Shown: piece by piece, positions 34,053-51,529 of the stretch
How the letters are laid out: each line of letters begins with the position of its first letter
How positions within the stretch are numbered: the first letter of the stretch is position 1
The notes under the pieces: generated by a model
The model's input: the letters and a program-made list of their open reading frames with translations, nothing else
Database searches by the model: none
Told to the model about the DNA's origin: nothing
From: the human T2T-CHM13v2.0 reference genome, Homo sapiens
DNA length: 64,000 nucleotides
Strand: one strand, 5' to 3'
NCBI RefSeq assembly: GCF_009914755.1
Contig: NC_060941.1
Translations under genes and position numbers: made by a program

Positions 34053-34986
34053 AAGACAACCTCCCAGACTCCACAGCTCAAGATGGCAAGCCTAGCCCAG
34101 GGCAACATCTACTCTCCTTCCTCCCTCCTCGGCTCTGAGTCCCCCTCGGAAACAATGCGGGAGGCCCCAGCTAAGGGGCTCAGACCCCGAACAGTTAATA
34201 GGGAAGATAAGGGCCGTTTCCTTCAGGGAAGAAAAAGGTCCCACTGGCATCTGTCTTAGCCTAAGTGGGCTGTCTTCGTGAGCCTGATGTTGAAAACAAA
34301 CCTCCAGGGTCATCATACATGAAAAATGAGGTGGGGAAAAAAGGAAAAGGAAAATCGCATCAGCCGGTGGTACAATGCCCGGGAGGAGGGGCTGGCGGGC
34401 GGCCAGAGTCAATACGGCCAGCTGGGGAGGGAGGCCGTGGGGCCTGAGCCGCCCGGGAGAGGGGAGAAGCAGCAGCGCACAGAGCCCCCTCCCCAGACCG
34501 GGAAGAACAGCCCCCTTAGACCACCACCCTCTGGGCTGGGAAATGAGGATGGATCTGCTGACTTCTCCAGGCTCTCCTGCAAATGCAACAAAATGCAACT
34601 TGGATGGTCTAGAAACTGGCAAGATGGCACACTTACAGGTAGCAGGGACCACACCACTAGGCTGTGGAAGGGAGTCCCCGGCTGCAGAGCTGATGCAGCC
34701 AAGCCAGGCAGAGGGTGACCTTGAGCCAAGTCATTTGACTCTGTAGGCCTCCCCTCTGCCACTGTGAAACAGGATCCCAACAGCGAACCCTGGCAGGTAC
34801 AGAACACCTGCGAGACCACGGAACGTGGGGCCCAGAGCAGCCCTGCATGGTCACAGGCAACATTGCCTTGTGTGAGAGCACAGCCTGGAGCCAAGGGCTT
34901 GGGTTTGGGGCTGAGTGGCCCATTTAATAGCTGTGTGCTCTGTGACAGGTCATTTGCCCTCTCTCAGTTTCCTCATCTGTAAATTA

Positions 34987-35433
<447 letters not shown>

Positions 35434-35840
35434 TTAGCAATACTGTGATTAGCAAATACTACTATAAGTGCTTAGAGATGACTTTCAACTGTAGCCTAGG
35501 TCATAACAACCTCAATAACACAGAACCACTTTCTCAGAATATGCATCCAGCCTCTCTCCCATCAGAGGCAGCCTGAAGGGGCTAAACAGGCCCCTGGTTT
35601 GTCCTGTGTGATTCTGACCACACAGGTTCGGAGTTGGTCGGAGCTGAGCGGCCACACCTGGCAACCACATTGTCCGATGACTCCTGCTGGCAGGCTCACC
35701 CGGCACAGGGCCTCCTACACCACTCAGGGCACCGTCCTGCATGGAGAACCTCACCAAAGGTGGGGGTGCCACTCTTCCCTCGGGTGCCATGCCTGGCGCA
35801 GTCCTTATCAGTGTATATCATGTGACCAAGGAAAAATTCA

Positions 35841-36203
<363 letters not shown>

Positions 36204-37541
36204 AGAGACAAGTGGCAGGCACCGATGGGCACACTCCGCGTTCCAAGACCATCCCAGCACACACAGCACACATACACACACACACCTATAAGCCCTTCTG
36301 ATAAAAAAGAAGTAAAAGTGAGTCCCTGGGTTTGGGGACACACATCCACAGGGGACAGCAGGGGCCAAGTGAAAATGTGGGGTGTTTTCAGAAGGTGGTC
36401 TCTGAGGGTCTCAGGAAGGAAGCACTCCAGCAGGAAGGTGTCTGCCTCCTCATGCAGCCTCCACTCACTTGCAGGGTCCATGGTGACCAGGGGAAGGGCT
36501 CCTGGGCACTGCACCTGTGAATGCCTTCGCCCATGGATACAGTGTGACCAGGGGAGGGGGTCCTGGGCACCATACCCCGTGAGTGCCTTCACCCCACATT
36601 TCATGGGGCCTGACTCAAGGCTCTTGGGGCTTCCCTGCCCCAGGGCCAGATCATCCAGGCAGCCTTAGCAGGAAGCAAAACCATAGCCCATCAGGAGCCC
36701 CCACATCAGAACAGTCCCCTCCATCATCCTCCCTCCCCACCCCCTGGACACTCCAGTGTGATCCTCTCTCGGGCCACCCTCAAGGAACAGGGCTGATAAG
36801 GAAGTGGCTCCTCTAAACCTTAAACCTGCCCCAGAAATGCACAGCAGCTGGATCAGCCACCCTGGAAACTTCCATCAGCCTCGGTTCCTTGGTCTTCTCA
36901 AGCCTCTTTTCGGGGCCCAGGTTCCCAGAATAGAGGCAGCAAATCTCCCAGAGTCCTCCTCAAATGCCTCCCATTGCCCTGACCTCCCTAAACAAAGGTG
37001 CTTTTTTCCCCAGCTCCTCGGGGTCACCACATTTTCGTCAGACCTGTGCTTGTTTTCTTTCTACTCAGCCCCATCTTGGCTTTGCCCCCCCGGGCACCAC
37101 TGCACCCAGGAGACAAACCCTGTATTGTTTTCATAGACCTAATAAATGACATCGCTCCCCACCTCCTGCCACTAACTCACTAGCCCTCCCATCCCCCCAG
37201 GATCATCTAAAGTGTCCCTTGTGCTAAGCGGCTCCCTCTGCTATGAAAGAACAGGCGAGAGAGAAACCTGTCTGTCTGAAGGGGCCTCCCCCCTCCACAT
37301 GTTATCAGGTGAAGATTCCACCCGGAGAGAGGCAGCATCATAGGTGGCCAATTTAAACAGTCCCAGCCTCTTCCTCTGGCTCAGGTCTAGAATTGAAGGG
37401 AACATACTAAGGTGGCGATTAACAGTGCTGATGATAAAACAGAAGGATGTTCAGTAAGTTTTTCAAAACACATCTTTCATCAAGAAGGTTTCTCCTCACC
37501 CCTTGAAAAAGTCAACGATGAAAGGGATAGAAAAGGGGGTA

Positions 37542-37672
37542 GCCATTTATGCCTAGGGTTCCATTATTGGAACGCTAAGCATGTAGGTGTTATTTATATC
37601 CTACTGCTCAAGGTCATCACCAAGGCCTGATTTTTGAAATTCAAAAAAATGGCAGCCTCAGGCATAAATGGG
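37542..37672 (+). mobile_element. MER85 (non-autonomous piggyBac/PGBD3 MITE)
   Basis: TIRs CCATTTATGCCT / AGGCATAAATGGG, right-hand TTAA, internal palindrome GTTCCATTATTGGAAC. Confidence 0.9.
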
Positions 37673-38466
37673 TTAAGCCAGGAAAGACTGAATTTTTCCC
37701 ACTGGTCAAGTTGATGAGGTTCTTCAGATGTGCTCTGGGAGGGGATTGCTGGCGCACGAGGAAGGCTGATCACTCATAAGAAGGGCTTGCTCTGCCAAAG
37801 TATTTGGATGTGGGATGCAGATGCACCCGTGTGCAGGAGCAACAAGAAACGTGTGTCATCCTGTCCAGACGGGGACTGGTGGATTGCTCTGACCTTGCAG
37901 AGCTCATGAATCTGCAAACCAATTTCCCCAGAGCCTCTAGCTTTTGTCGGGGGTGAAATAAACCAGAAAGAGACAGCAGCCGCCAACCTCTGCACCGACC
38001 AACTGATCCAAGCCCAGACCTCGCCTTCAGCACTGCTGCTCATGAGCCACCCCTTGGGGCTGATGTTGGGGGGAAGCAGTCACCTCTGGGCCTCATGACT
38101 TCTGAACCCAACCTGACTGTGCCTGTCCCCTGCTGCCCTCGATGAGGTTGTAAGGGGCAACACACTCTCCAAGTTTTCACTGCCACCACTGCAAGAGTCC
38201 CATCCTCCTCCAGGCAAGGGCAAAGAGTCAGAATGACTTATAACCAGGGGGGTATTGAGCTGAGCCACAGGGAGGTGCAAATGAAGAACCAGGAGACAAG
38301 TCCACGTGCCTCCCCAAACCCTCATAAGGACACAGGCATGTACAGCCTACAGCATGTGGTTGTTTATTTACAGAGCCGGAGAGCACCTCAGAATACTCAT
38401 CCCTGGTATTTTGCCTATGACATAAACAAAGGCACAGAGAAATAGAGAAACTTGCTCAACATCATC

Positions 38467-38750
<284 letters not shown>

Positions 38751-40574
38751 TAATTCTTATTAAATAAGTAAGTAATCATTGATCTGAGAAATAAGAGGCT
38801 ATGACTGAGACTCAAATTCTCTGACCCTGGATCCAGTGCCCTCTCATCCTCCTCCTGTAGATCACCAATCTATTGCTGACGGGACTGAACCTCTATAGAA
38901 TGCCATAAGTGGGTCCTGAACACTCACCTGTAGGAAATGAGGGTTCTCAGAATGGAAAGGTAAGGAAATGGCCAGCACACACCTGTAGAGGCAGCCACCT
39001 GCCAGGAGTGGCTGGGATTGGAGGGATTGTGGGGAGAACTGGCAGTGAGAACCCTCCCCATCCATCCCATCTGCTGTCGGCCCCATTGGGTGGACATCGT
39101 CTGCTCTAAGTGTCCATGGGGATTATTCTGGATCCCATGCTTGGCAGGGACCTCGACAGAGTCAGTCAATCCTTCTCTTGGTCCAGTCCAGGAGCCCACC
39201 CTCTAACTATCGGAGATGGGGCTGCTGCTGTTTCTCCAATAAGTCTAGTGTCACCACCACCCATCTCACGCTCCCATCCCCATTGCCCTCTGCTGCCTCC
39301 ACCACACCAAGGCATCGAGACCTCTGGCTTCTCTCATTTGCTCTTCCCTGTCCCCCAAAACCTTCCAGCTTAACCCTCCTTTGTGCCATGTCACTGGTGC
39401 CTGTGGCTGCACGTAACTGGAATGGAACATGCCTTGTTTCCCACTCAGCCCCCTTTAAGCTACATCCTGAATTCCCCAAACCACTCTTCCTCGTACCTGT
39501 TCTGCTGCACCCAGGTGCCTGCACGGACAGGGAAGCATCTTTTCTCGGTAGTGCACTGTGCTTCAGAGACTGGGTCCCCCTTCCTCCTGCAGGTTGTCCA
39601 TGTACAGAGCCCAGAATCTTCCCCTTTCTGCAAGAGGTCAAGTTTCACCAACATCTCTCCTCCACCACTCTATATTGTTTTAGGATGAATCTCATCACCC
39701 CCTCGGATGGTCCCGGTTCACACTCTATAGGCAGGGCCTTATTGGAAGGACCTCAAGTCCTCCAATGGGATAAGGTGGGCTCAGCCAGACTGGGGAAAGG
39801 CCCATATCCTCCTGCCCATAGAGGGAGTCCATGCCCCTGACAGCCCCCGCAGCTGTGCTCTGTGAACAAGAACTCTGAACTCAGCCGTAAAGCTGGCCTG
39901 GGAAGGCCCTTCTCGCCTGCCACAGCACAGACTCCCACCCTCCCTTCTCCAGGCCCCTTACACTTGGAACTGAAGTAGGCAGAGCTGGGCTGCACAGAGG
40001 TGGGACCCAGGGGGCCAGTCCCTCTCCAATCTCCTCCCCCAGCACACACACAGATCAATCCCCATGGCCCAACACTCCTCCAGGGAGAAAGAAAATGGGA
40101 GAAGGGTCAGGAATTGGCAGCTGGGAGCCGCATCAGGGTTCCTCTCCCCAGGGCACCAGCAGGGAAGGGTCCCCCTTGACCACAGCTCCAGCCAGGTTTC
40201 TAAATCTTGCTTGTTTGCCGAAGCAGCCAGGCACCTCCCTTCCAGCCCAGAGTGAAGGGCTATACAAACTCTGGCCTTTCTCTGCCATCTCCTCCCTGGA
40301 GGTGAGCACTGAGCCCTCCAAAGACACACAACCAGAAGGGACACAGGCCAGCGGGAGCACACACCATCCCTCACCGGAGCCTGAGTGCCAGAGCCCCAGC
40401 AGCGCCCGGGGGAAAGGCAGGGGTATGAGGACAAAACCCTAACCAGCTGCTGGAAGGCAAGGGCCTGGCAATGCCCTTCGTCTTGCTGTGACCTCCACCC
40501 TCAGCCCAGCCCACCCCCTTTAGCCACCCTGGGCCCCCCGACCTGGCCTCCAGCTTTGCGGCAGGCAGGACCTT

Positions 40575-40740
40575 TAGAATCAGACACCCCAGGGCTGGAA
40601 CTTCAAGCATCCCACCTCTGGGAGACATTAGGTAAGTCACTTTCCCTCTCTGAGCCTTGCATTCCAGGTAAGATGAGACCATTTACCTCCTCAAAGACCT
40701 CATAGGATTAAGTGAGATGTTGACACACCTCACTGCACTG
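40575..40740 (+). mobile_element. MIR
   Basis: ggtaagtcactttccctctctgagcct core. Confidence 0.6.
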
Positions 40741-42674
40741 AGTGGCAAACATTCATCCCATCCCTCCTCCCACCAGTGGCCAACCACAGGGCATCTCTGG
40801 TTTACATGACCTACGGCAACTCGAGGCCATTCACAGTAAAGGCCACTCCAGATAGTGATGATGACACTCACTTGCAGAGGCAGGAGGGTCCCCGCACACC
40901 CCCCTCCAAAGGGGCACACACACAGATGACCAAATGCATCCCATGAGGCAGAGCCACCCAAAGTCCCTTAGACTAAAAATCGTCTAACACACACACACAC
41001 TGTTGGAGCCCAGTCCGCGGAGTGGGTGAGTATTTCCCTGTCCAAATAGGTGGCAGAAAAAAATACCAGGGACTGACTTCTCTCTGGCAAACCAAGACAA
41101 ACTTGCCATAGAGCATCTCAGTGGCCAGCAGAGGAGAGAGGAGGTCATTTGGGACCATTTACTCATGCGAGAGTCACTGCCCCATGCTAAGATTTCCCCT
41201 AAAAATAAAATGATAAGATAATAACTCATAATGCTCTCCCCAAATCAGTACCACACAGACCCCCCTCTTCTGTTTGCTCAGACCCCCGCTCTCCAGCACA
41301 AAGTCTTTATTGGTCTCCCTGCAGGGGTGAAAATAAAGGGGGTTTTGTTCTTCTCCTCCCCCCTCCCCCCTCGAAGGGCTGAGTGAGTTTATCTGACACT
41401 GCAGCAGTCTTTGTAAACTGAGTGTCCCAGGATAAACGCTCCCTTAAGAGTCGCTTGGCCTGGGACAGAGGGACCCTCTCCAGAGGAGAATGGGGAGCTT
41501 GTTCCAATGGTCTTTTAATATGGGGGGCGGGGTGTCACCAAGGACAGGCCTCCAGCACACTCTCACAGAAGGGTCTCTGTCCTGAGGCTACAGTGGAGGG
41601 AATTCTTAAAGACACAGATGCTGAAAAGGGGGAAGGAATTTTTTTTTCCCCTAAGGGGAGGGGAGGGAGGTTAGGGCGGGAAGGAGAAGGGGGAGTGGCG
41701 AGGACTCCTCATTCCCCAGAACAATTCCAGTTACAACAAGGCGTCTCTATGCCTTAACAGCAAGTGAGTGACAAGTGGGTCAGCAGCCCCGCAGAGCGGA
41801 ATTCTCCTCCCAGCCGGATCTCCCACCAACGTGTGCTTTGCAGCTCCCAAATCCAGGATGGGAGCCCACCAGCATGCAGGAAAGAATCTCACTTTTACCT
41901 AAGTGAAGGGCCTCTGCCACGGCGCCCTAAAAGATGGATCCTTTGAAGGCATTTTGAGTCCAGCTGTCCCCCTCTGGAAAGGGGCAAGCAGACTGCCCTA
42001 AAGCCCTTAAATAAATAAAATTATCTCAAACCTCAGGGAGAAAAAGGGTCAATTACTCCTCTAATTTATTTGGGTACAAGGTCACAACAAAATAGACATT
42101 CCCAGCTATAGCTATCACAAATGATGTTCTCTAAAGATTGCTCAGCAAGACTGTTTTCTATTTTGATTTCATTTATGTTGAATTGAGTTCTTCTCCAAGA
42201 AGTCGAGTTGTATTGCAGAAAGAACTGGAAGCCGTGTGTCCACTGAGAACAACCTGGCATCTCTCCTTACCTACCTTGCTCAAGGTCACCTGTGGAAAAC
42301 GGCAAACAAAACAAAAAGACACCCTCCCTGCTCCAAGTAATCAAGAAATCATGTAGTTCTGAGATACACAGAGAGGAAACTGAGGCCCCAATACGCGGTG
42401 TAATGAGCCCAAAGCCATGAGGCAAATTAGGAGGCCAAGACTAGGTAAAAACCAGGACTCCTGGGGACAGAAAACCACCCACAGGGGATAGAAGTCTGCA
42501 ATTCTCAGGACCACTCCAAGGAAAGACCAATACCATCTTCTGAAAGCTGCTTCTGCAATGCCATATGGTTAGGCTACTAAGCCAGAACCCATTGACCAGA
42601 CACCACTGTCACCACAGCCACATCAAATGGCAGACCAGTGTGGGCCTTCAACCCACCGAGTCGCCGTGTATATA

Positions 42675-43128
42675 CAGTTGAGCCTTGAACAAGGTTTGAA
42701 CTGTGTGGATCTACCGATACGTGGTTTTTCTTCTGCCTCTGCCACCCATGAGACGGCAAGACCAACCCCTCCTCTTCCTCCCTCCAAGCCTACTCACTGT
42801 GAAGATGACGATGGGGAAGACCTTTGTGATGATCCCCTTCCACTTAATGAATAGTAAATCTATTTCCTCTTCTTTATGATTTTCTTAATATTGTTTTCTC
42901 TAGCTCACTTTATTGTAAGAGGATAGTATATAATACATATCTACTGTATCAATATATAATACATATAACTTACCAAATATGTGTTAATCGACTATGTTAT
43001 TGGTAAGACTACTAGTCAACGGGAGGCTATTAGCAGTTAAGTTTTAGGGAAGTCCAAAGTTACATGTGGATTTTCAGCTGCACGGAGGACCAGCATCCCT
43101 AACCCTTGCAATGTTCAAGGGTCCGCTG
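42675..43128 (+). mobile_element. Tigger2a (MER28), full length
   Basis: TIRs cagttgagccttgaaca / tgttcaagggtccgctg, with TA on both sides. Confidence 0.88.
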
Positions 43129-44968
43129 TATTAAGTCTTTACTAGAGTCAGCATGAGGCCAGGTGCTATGAAATCAGAGTGCACACCTATGACTATACGG
43201 AAGAAAAAAGATCCATGTATGTGGAACCATCATGGCAGTATATGATATTATAGCTGTCAGTATTATGGAAGTTTAAAGAAAAGAAAAATTGGATGAAAAA
43301 CAAAAGTTTGCAAAAACAGACTTAGCACTCAACCCACTGATGAGTTTATTCAGGCATAACTTGGGCTAAGAGTGGACACGAATACTGGATTCTATGTCAG
43401 CTGCAAGTCAGGTATCCCTAACCATGCATTGGGAGAATAAGGAAGGAAGAAGAGGAGGACACAGCCCAGAAGGAGTGGAGCGCCCAGCAGGTCACAGGGA
43501 AAAACCAGTTGAGACCAGAGCCCATTCTGGACCCCAAGGAGGAAGCGCTGAGGAAGCACCTCCTTGCTGCCACTCCTCTCCTCTGCTCTGCCCCCACTCC
43601 ACTCCTGTCTGTCCACTCAAGCTAACAGAGATTCCTGGGCTGGTTATTCATTAGATTTGCATTGCACAGTAGAGTATACGACAGCTTTCACATAAGTCAT
43701 CTCAGTTAAGCCAATGGAAACCATAGCCCAAGTTCTATACTTCTGAGAAAAAAAGTTAAAAGGGAATTGGATCTTCCATAATTAAATCCAGCAACATCAA
43801 AGCAGAGATGCAACCACAGCCCACACAGATATAACCAAGGAGCCAGTCCATTTCTTTAAGATGGACATAAGATTTAAGCCAAGAAGGGAGGGAAATATGT
43901 GGAAGGAGGAATGAAAGATTCAGTGTACCTAGTCCAGTGAATGAGACATACAGCTCCCATCCTCCCATCCCCCCAACCTCAAGGCCACACAGAGGCTCCA
44001 TTCTCTACCCTCCCAATCATGTCAATTAAGAGGTTCTTTGTGCAAAGGACAGAGTGCATGGCAGCTGATGGGCGTGCAGCTCAGATGGGGCAAGGCTTTC
44101 TCACAAGGCCCCCTACCCCATTGGAAGGTGATGTAGGTACAGCCCGGGGCAGCACTCCCGCTTTCCAAGCATAACATCCGAAGAGTGAGCCTACCAATAG
44201 GTCTGCTCTGAAAACTCAACTTTGAGCTCAAGGAATAAGGTATGCACAGCAATGTCCTGGTCAACTGAAAGTTACAGCCCTTGAACTCAACACTTCCAGT
44301 GAATGCCCTGATAATGGATCCGTCTGCTGTTCCGTTGTCCCACTGTGCAGCCAACCTCACACACCTTCTTCATCAAGGATGCTGGGACACCCCTTCCCCC
44401 TGCCCCTCAGAATCATCCCTCTAAACACCAACGATCACAGGTGGAAAATGTGATAGAATTTCAACTAAGCGTGCCCTGACTTCAGCATCCTTCATGGGAT
44501 TTCAACAATAGGGGAATCCGTGATGCTGACGCATGCTTTGGACATGCACATCTCCTAAGCAAATACAGTCAGGACAGTACTGTGGGCAAACGTACTGGTT
44601 TTAAGGACGAACATCACTTCTAGCTCTCCAAACCAGATTTAACGTCTGCAGAGAGAAACCTGAGGACAGCAAGAGAGAAGAGGCAGAGCTGGAGGAAAAG
44701 CCCAGAACCTGGCAGCACTGAATGAGAGTTTCTCATCAGGGAAAACTGGTCAACCAACCTCTCAGCTGATCTTAGTATTAATGACCTTAACATTGACTTT
44801 ACTGTCCCATCTGTAGGGAAGGGAGGAGTCTATTTCCAGCTACACTCCTGAAAGGATGTATGTCTCACCTCTATGAGCAGAGGGAAGGAGAAGCACTGTT
44901 TTAAAGCTGTCAGTGGGTTACTAGGAGGAAGAAGTGAAGGATGAATCATAGCGATAGAAGTATTATGA

Positions 44969-45322
<354 letters not shown>

Positions 45323-46739
45323 CTAAAGCCTGGATGGATGCAGTCACGTGTCCAGTTGGAAGCAGATCAAGTTCCAGCTCCACCTCAGACCAGCACGGTA
45401 ACTTTGGACAACTGACATAAGCTCTGGGAGCCTCAGCATCCTTGTCTGTTAAATGGGGGCAACAGTAACTACACTTCCACAGGACATACGGCACCTTTAA
45501 TACATGATACCTACCCCCTCTCCTCCCACTTCATCACCTATCAAAAAAGGCTATTCATACTCAAGCTTTAGGTAGAAAAAAATCTGTCGCCATGACAATA
45601 AGATTTTTTTCTGACAATGGCAAACGAGGACAGCTGGGAGCACCTGCCAGGGCCGCATGGCTTCCTTTCAAAGCTCACACAACCCATGAGCGTGAGTCAC
45701 TGCTCCTCAAACAAAGCCTACCTGTGTAATGTGTGAACAAAGTAAGCAAAACAGAGTCTCCCACCTTGAGCTCAACAGCCTGGAGATCAAAGCTGTCTCT
45801 CGAACATGGAGCACCCAGAAGATCTGCTTCCAAGTTGGCACATGAATGTGTGAACACAATGGAGCCCTCTACATAAATCCACTTGTGTGGCTGCTTCTGG
45901 ACGAGCTCTCTGTCTGGCCTCCCTGTATTCTCAGTCTTCCCCACTGGGCTGCCAAACACAGGAGCCTGGTGAGAAGTCTGCACAAATCCATTGCCTCTAG
46001 CTCACATCGTCAGGCTTTTCATACCAGGAGAAGAACAGAACTTGCCTCCCAAGGTAGACTGGGAGCAACACCATTAGCCTAGAGATGCTCAGAGCTAGGG
46101 AACGTGTTGCCCTTTCTTTGATGAAATCTCAGGCAGCAGGTGGCATTCTAGCATCCAGTGTTTATTCCAGTAACAACTCTTCGTGCAGGTCAATGAGAAC
46201 CCAGTCATGGGTGATCAACTACAAGTTTGGATTTAGTGACCCAGGAGCCAAATCGCCAGCTCCCTGATGGAACAAGATGATGTCCCATGCAAAAACAGAC
46301 TCTCGGGTTTAGAGATTCAAAGGAGGAAAGAACTTTTGAGGTCCCTTCATTTGTCAACTTTTGCTAAGCATTAATATGCCCCTCGCACCCTCCTAGGATA
46401 CCAGGTATACAGAGGTAAGCAAAACTAATTCCCCGCCCCCGCAAGCACACATTCTGGTTTATTATCCCAGGAGTCCAATTCATTCATCGTGAACAATTGG
46501 TGGTATTGCCCTGCATGTACCTGTGCTTCCTAAGGGCGCTAATTTCCATTTGCAGAATCTTGGTGGCTCTGGGGAACCTCACAACAGAGTCAGATGTGAA
46601 GCACATGACCAGGGGAGAGTCAATCAATGTGTCCCCCCGCACCCAAGCTACTGGCCAGAGGTGTGGGTCTAGGGGTGAGCATTACTGCAGGGTCAGCTCT
46701 CAGGAAGGCCACCACAAAGCCATTCTCTCCCTCTAGATC

Positions 46740-46960
46740 TATAGAGTCAGGAGGCCTGCCCACATGAGAAAAGTAAACTTGAGAATGAAACTTTATACAG
46801 AAGGGGAGAGAATGAAAAGAGAGAGAGAGACCGAGCCAACAAATCACCCCAAAAGCACAACCCCCACACTTCTTAGTTATGTGAACAACCAAAACATCCA
46901 TTGTTTTAAGCTGGATACAGTTGGTTTCTCTGTAACCTCCAACTAAAAGTGACCAATAGG
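46740..46960 (+). mobile_element. Old MLT1 (J/K-like) LTR fragment
   Basis: Tail ttagttatgtgaac...ttttaagc...gttggtttctctgtaac. Confidence 0.5.
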
Positions 46961-47275
46961 AATTGGGCCCACAGACAGAGGCCCAGGGACATGTGCAAAG
47001 TCATACAGACACTTGGCACTGGGGCAGGACAGGGGCCCAGTGATGGTCCTGGGCCAAGACCTGATTTTGAACTGTGGCTCCATCCTTCAAAGCTATGAGA
47101 CCTTAAGGATATTCCTTCATGCCTCTAAGCCTCAAATGCTGGAGATCATAACATCCCAGGGCTCTGAGGATTAAGGGAAGTAAAAACTCTGGAAGCACGT
47201 TCTCGAGCCTGCCGCAGGGCTGCCTCTCTTTCTGGACATTGCCCCACTGACAGGCAGCAGGGGCTGGTTGGAAAC

Positions 47276-47639
47276 TGATATGGTTTGGCTGTGTCCCCAC
47301 CCAAATCTCATCTTGAATTGTAGCTCTCACAATTCCCACGTGTCATGGGAGGGACCAAGTGAAAGGTAATTGAATCATGGGGGCAGGTCTTTCCCATGCT
47401 GTTCTCATGATCGTGAATACATCTCAGAAGATCTGATGATTTTATAAACAGGAGTTCCCCTGCACAAGGTCTCTCTTCCCTGCCACCATGTAAGATGTGA
47501 CTTGTTCCTCCTTGCCTTCCGCCATGATTGTGAGGCCTCCCCAGCCATGTGGGACTGTGAGTCAATTAAACCTCTTTTCTTTATAAATTACCCAGTCTCG
47601 GGTATGTCTTTATCAGCAGCATAAGAATGGACTAATACA
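47276..47639 (+). mobile_element. THE1 (C-like) solo LTR
   Basis: tgatatggtttggctgtgtcccc...ggactaataca. Confidence 0.92.
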
Positions 47640-48329
47640 GGGATCATCATATCTGTTGAATCCTTACACAGGGTTGGTACAAGGAATTGGGTCACTGGAC
47701 CGGGTCATTATTTCGGGGACAAGCAACATCACCCAATGGCCAGTTTGAGCGGTGAACCTTGAATGCAGGCGCATGGGCATCCTCCCCCTAAGTTGGTACC
47801 TGACAAACAGATACCTAGGATGGTAAGGGCCCAGAGAAAGGTTTGAGAAAACCATTCAGGTTCGATCACAACGGTGCGAGCAGGGAAGGGGGACAGCAGA
47901 AAAAGAAGGCAGCGAAGGTGATGAGGAAAGCAATTCCAGGAAAGCCCAAAGCGCCCAGCAGTCAGGGTGGAATGAGAAACCCGGACCGCTTCAGCTCCTT
48001 GGTTAACCGCATTCCTGGTTTCCACTTAGAAATTTAATTAAAAACCCAAACACCTGAATTTTCCGCTGGCTTGCCAGTGGCCACAGATTCCCTGAGGTTC
48101 AGAAACACCTTCCTCGGCTTAGTCCTGGATCCCCTAAAGAAGTCTGGTCTGAAACAAAAGGAGGAGGGGGTCACGGTCAGGAATCATGAAGAAGAGGTCA
48201 CAGTCAGGGGTCATGGAGAATGGGTCCTGGGGGGCACCCCCACCCCTCCCAGAGAGAAGAAAGCCTCCAGGCAGGGGCGACCCTGTTCTATCACCCCAAC
48301 TTCAGCAACAACAACTTTGCTTCTTGATG

Positions 48330-48515
48330 TTTAATTTTATTTTATTTTTATTTATTTTTTTTTTTTTAGAGACAGGGTCTTGCTCTGTCACCCAGGCTGG
48401 AGTGCAGTGGGATAATTATAGTTCACCGCAGCCTAGACCTCCTAGGCTCAACCGATCCTCCCACCTTGGCCTCCCAAAGTTCTAGGATTACAGGAGCGAA
48501 CCACCACGCCCAGCC
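48330..48515 (-). mobile_element. Alu monomer (FRAM/AluJ-like)
   Basis: Single arm with T-rich tail. Confidence 0.85.
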
Positions 48516-48935
48516 ACTGCTTAATTTTAAAAATATAAAGAAATATCACCGTGAAGAAATTAAAATGGAAAACAGCCACATTTTTGGTGGCTCTGAGGTG
48601 ACAAGGCCACTTTCCTGTCCATGCAGAGAAGGTGCAGAAGCTGCGAGGGGCTAGAGCCCTGCAAAGACTGGGATCAAACACTGTCTACCATCTGTCCCCC
48701 CAGGGCCAGTGAAATCACTTACTACAAACGCCTAATCTCCCTGGCGGCTGGACATGCGCATGGGGCACGGAGGAGCCAATCACAAACCAGAACCGACAGG
48801 AGCCTTGGGGGCTCAAACTCAGCCTGGGGAATAAAACCACAGAAGGGAGGTGATCGTCTTCACCCAGCCACACACCCCAGGTCCCCACGGGAGCTGCCAC
48901 CGAACTCTGACATCCACCATGATGCTCAAAAGGCA

Positions 48936-49221
48936 CTTTTTTTTTTTGAGACGGAGTCTCGCTCTGTCGCCCAGGCTGGAGTGCAGTGGTGTGATCTCTG
49001 CTCACTGCAAACTCCGCCTCCCGGGTTCACGCCATTCTCAGCCTCCCGAGTAGCTGGGACTACAGGTGCCCGCCACCACGCCCGGCTATTTTTTTGTATT
49101 TTTAGTAGAGACGGGCTTTCACCGTGTTAGCCAGGCTGGTCTCCATCTCCTGACCTCGTGATCCGCCCGCCTCGGCCTCCCAAAGTGCTGGGATTACAGG
49201 CGTGAGCCACCGCGCCTGGCC
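48936..49221 (-). mobile_element. AluY
   Basis: 16-bp TSD TCAAAAGGCACTTTTT. Confidence 0.95.
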
Positions 49222-49779
49222 TCAAAAGGCACTTTTTAAGCACCTCAAACTGTGCAGAAAAGTGTTCTCTACTTTAATAAAAGTTCCACTTCCAGCAAAC
49301 TTTATATATGAAAGCGTGACTCCGCAGGGCAAGCAGCAGGGAGGATTCACTCTAGAATTCTCCTAAACAGTGAGTCCAGTCTCTATCCTCCCATCCCTCC
49401 GTCTCCACACCAACACTTCCAAAATACTCGCTCTTCACTATGTGTGCCAGATTAGGAGTTAGAGTGGGAGGGCTGGTCCACAAGGTCAGTACCTATCCAC
49501 GTCATTTCACTGACTAGTGCTTTAATGCCCCTCCTGTAAAACAGGATGACACCTGATCATTTCACCAGGTTGAAGGTACTATCACATGGCATATGGGCAC
49601 AAAAGCAATTGGAAAACTCCAGTTCAAAGAATCAGGGCCTACGGAACGTGCTAGGTCATCAAACCTTTTCATTTAGAAAGAATACTTGTGGCAGATTCAG
49701 AGCTGGGCGCCACCCCCACCAACTCGGCCGCTCCTCACTTCCTGGACACTTCACTCTTCGTGAAGATGGCTTTCTTAAA

Positions 49780-51190
<1,411 letters not shown>

Positions 51191-51195
51191 TGGTG

Positions 51196-51500
51196 GGCCA
51201 GGTGCAGTGGCTCATGCCTGTAATCCGAGCACTTTGGGAGGCTGAGGCCGGTGGATTGCTTGAGCTTAGGAGTTCAAGACCAGCCTAGGAAACATGGCGA
51301 AACCTCATCTCTACAAAAAATACAAAAATTAGCTGGGCATCCTGGTGGGTGCCTGTAGTCCCAGCTATTCAGGAGGCTGAAGTGGGAGGATGGCTTAAAC
51401 CCAGGAGACGGATGTCGCAGTGAGCTGAGATCGCACCGCTGCACTCCAGCCTGGGCAACAAAACAAGACCCTATCTCAAAAAAAAAAAAAAAAAAAAGAG
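51196..51500 (+). mobile_element. AluJ
   Basis: Full dimer. Confidence 0.92.
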
Positions 51501-51529
51501 AAAAGTAGAAATGTTTTAAAAGTTTTCAA

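Noticed and set aside
39178-39840. 220-aa ORF
   Set aside because: TTG start, no homology recognised, no convincing splice sites.
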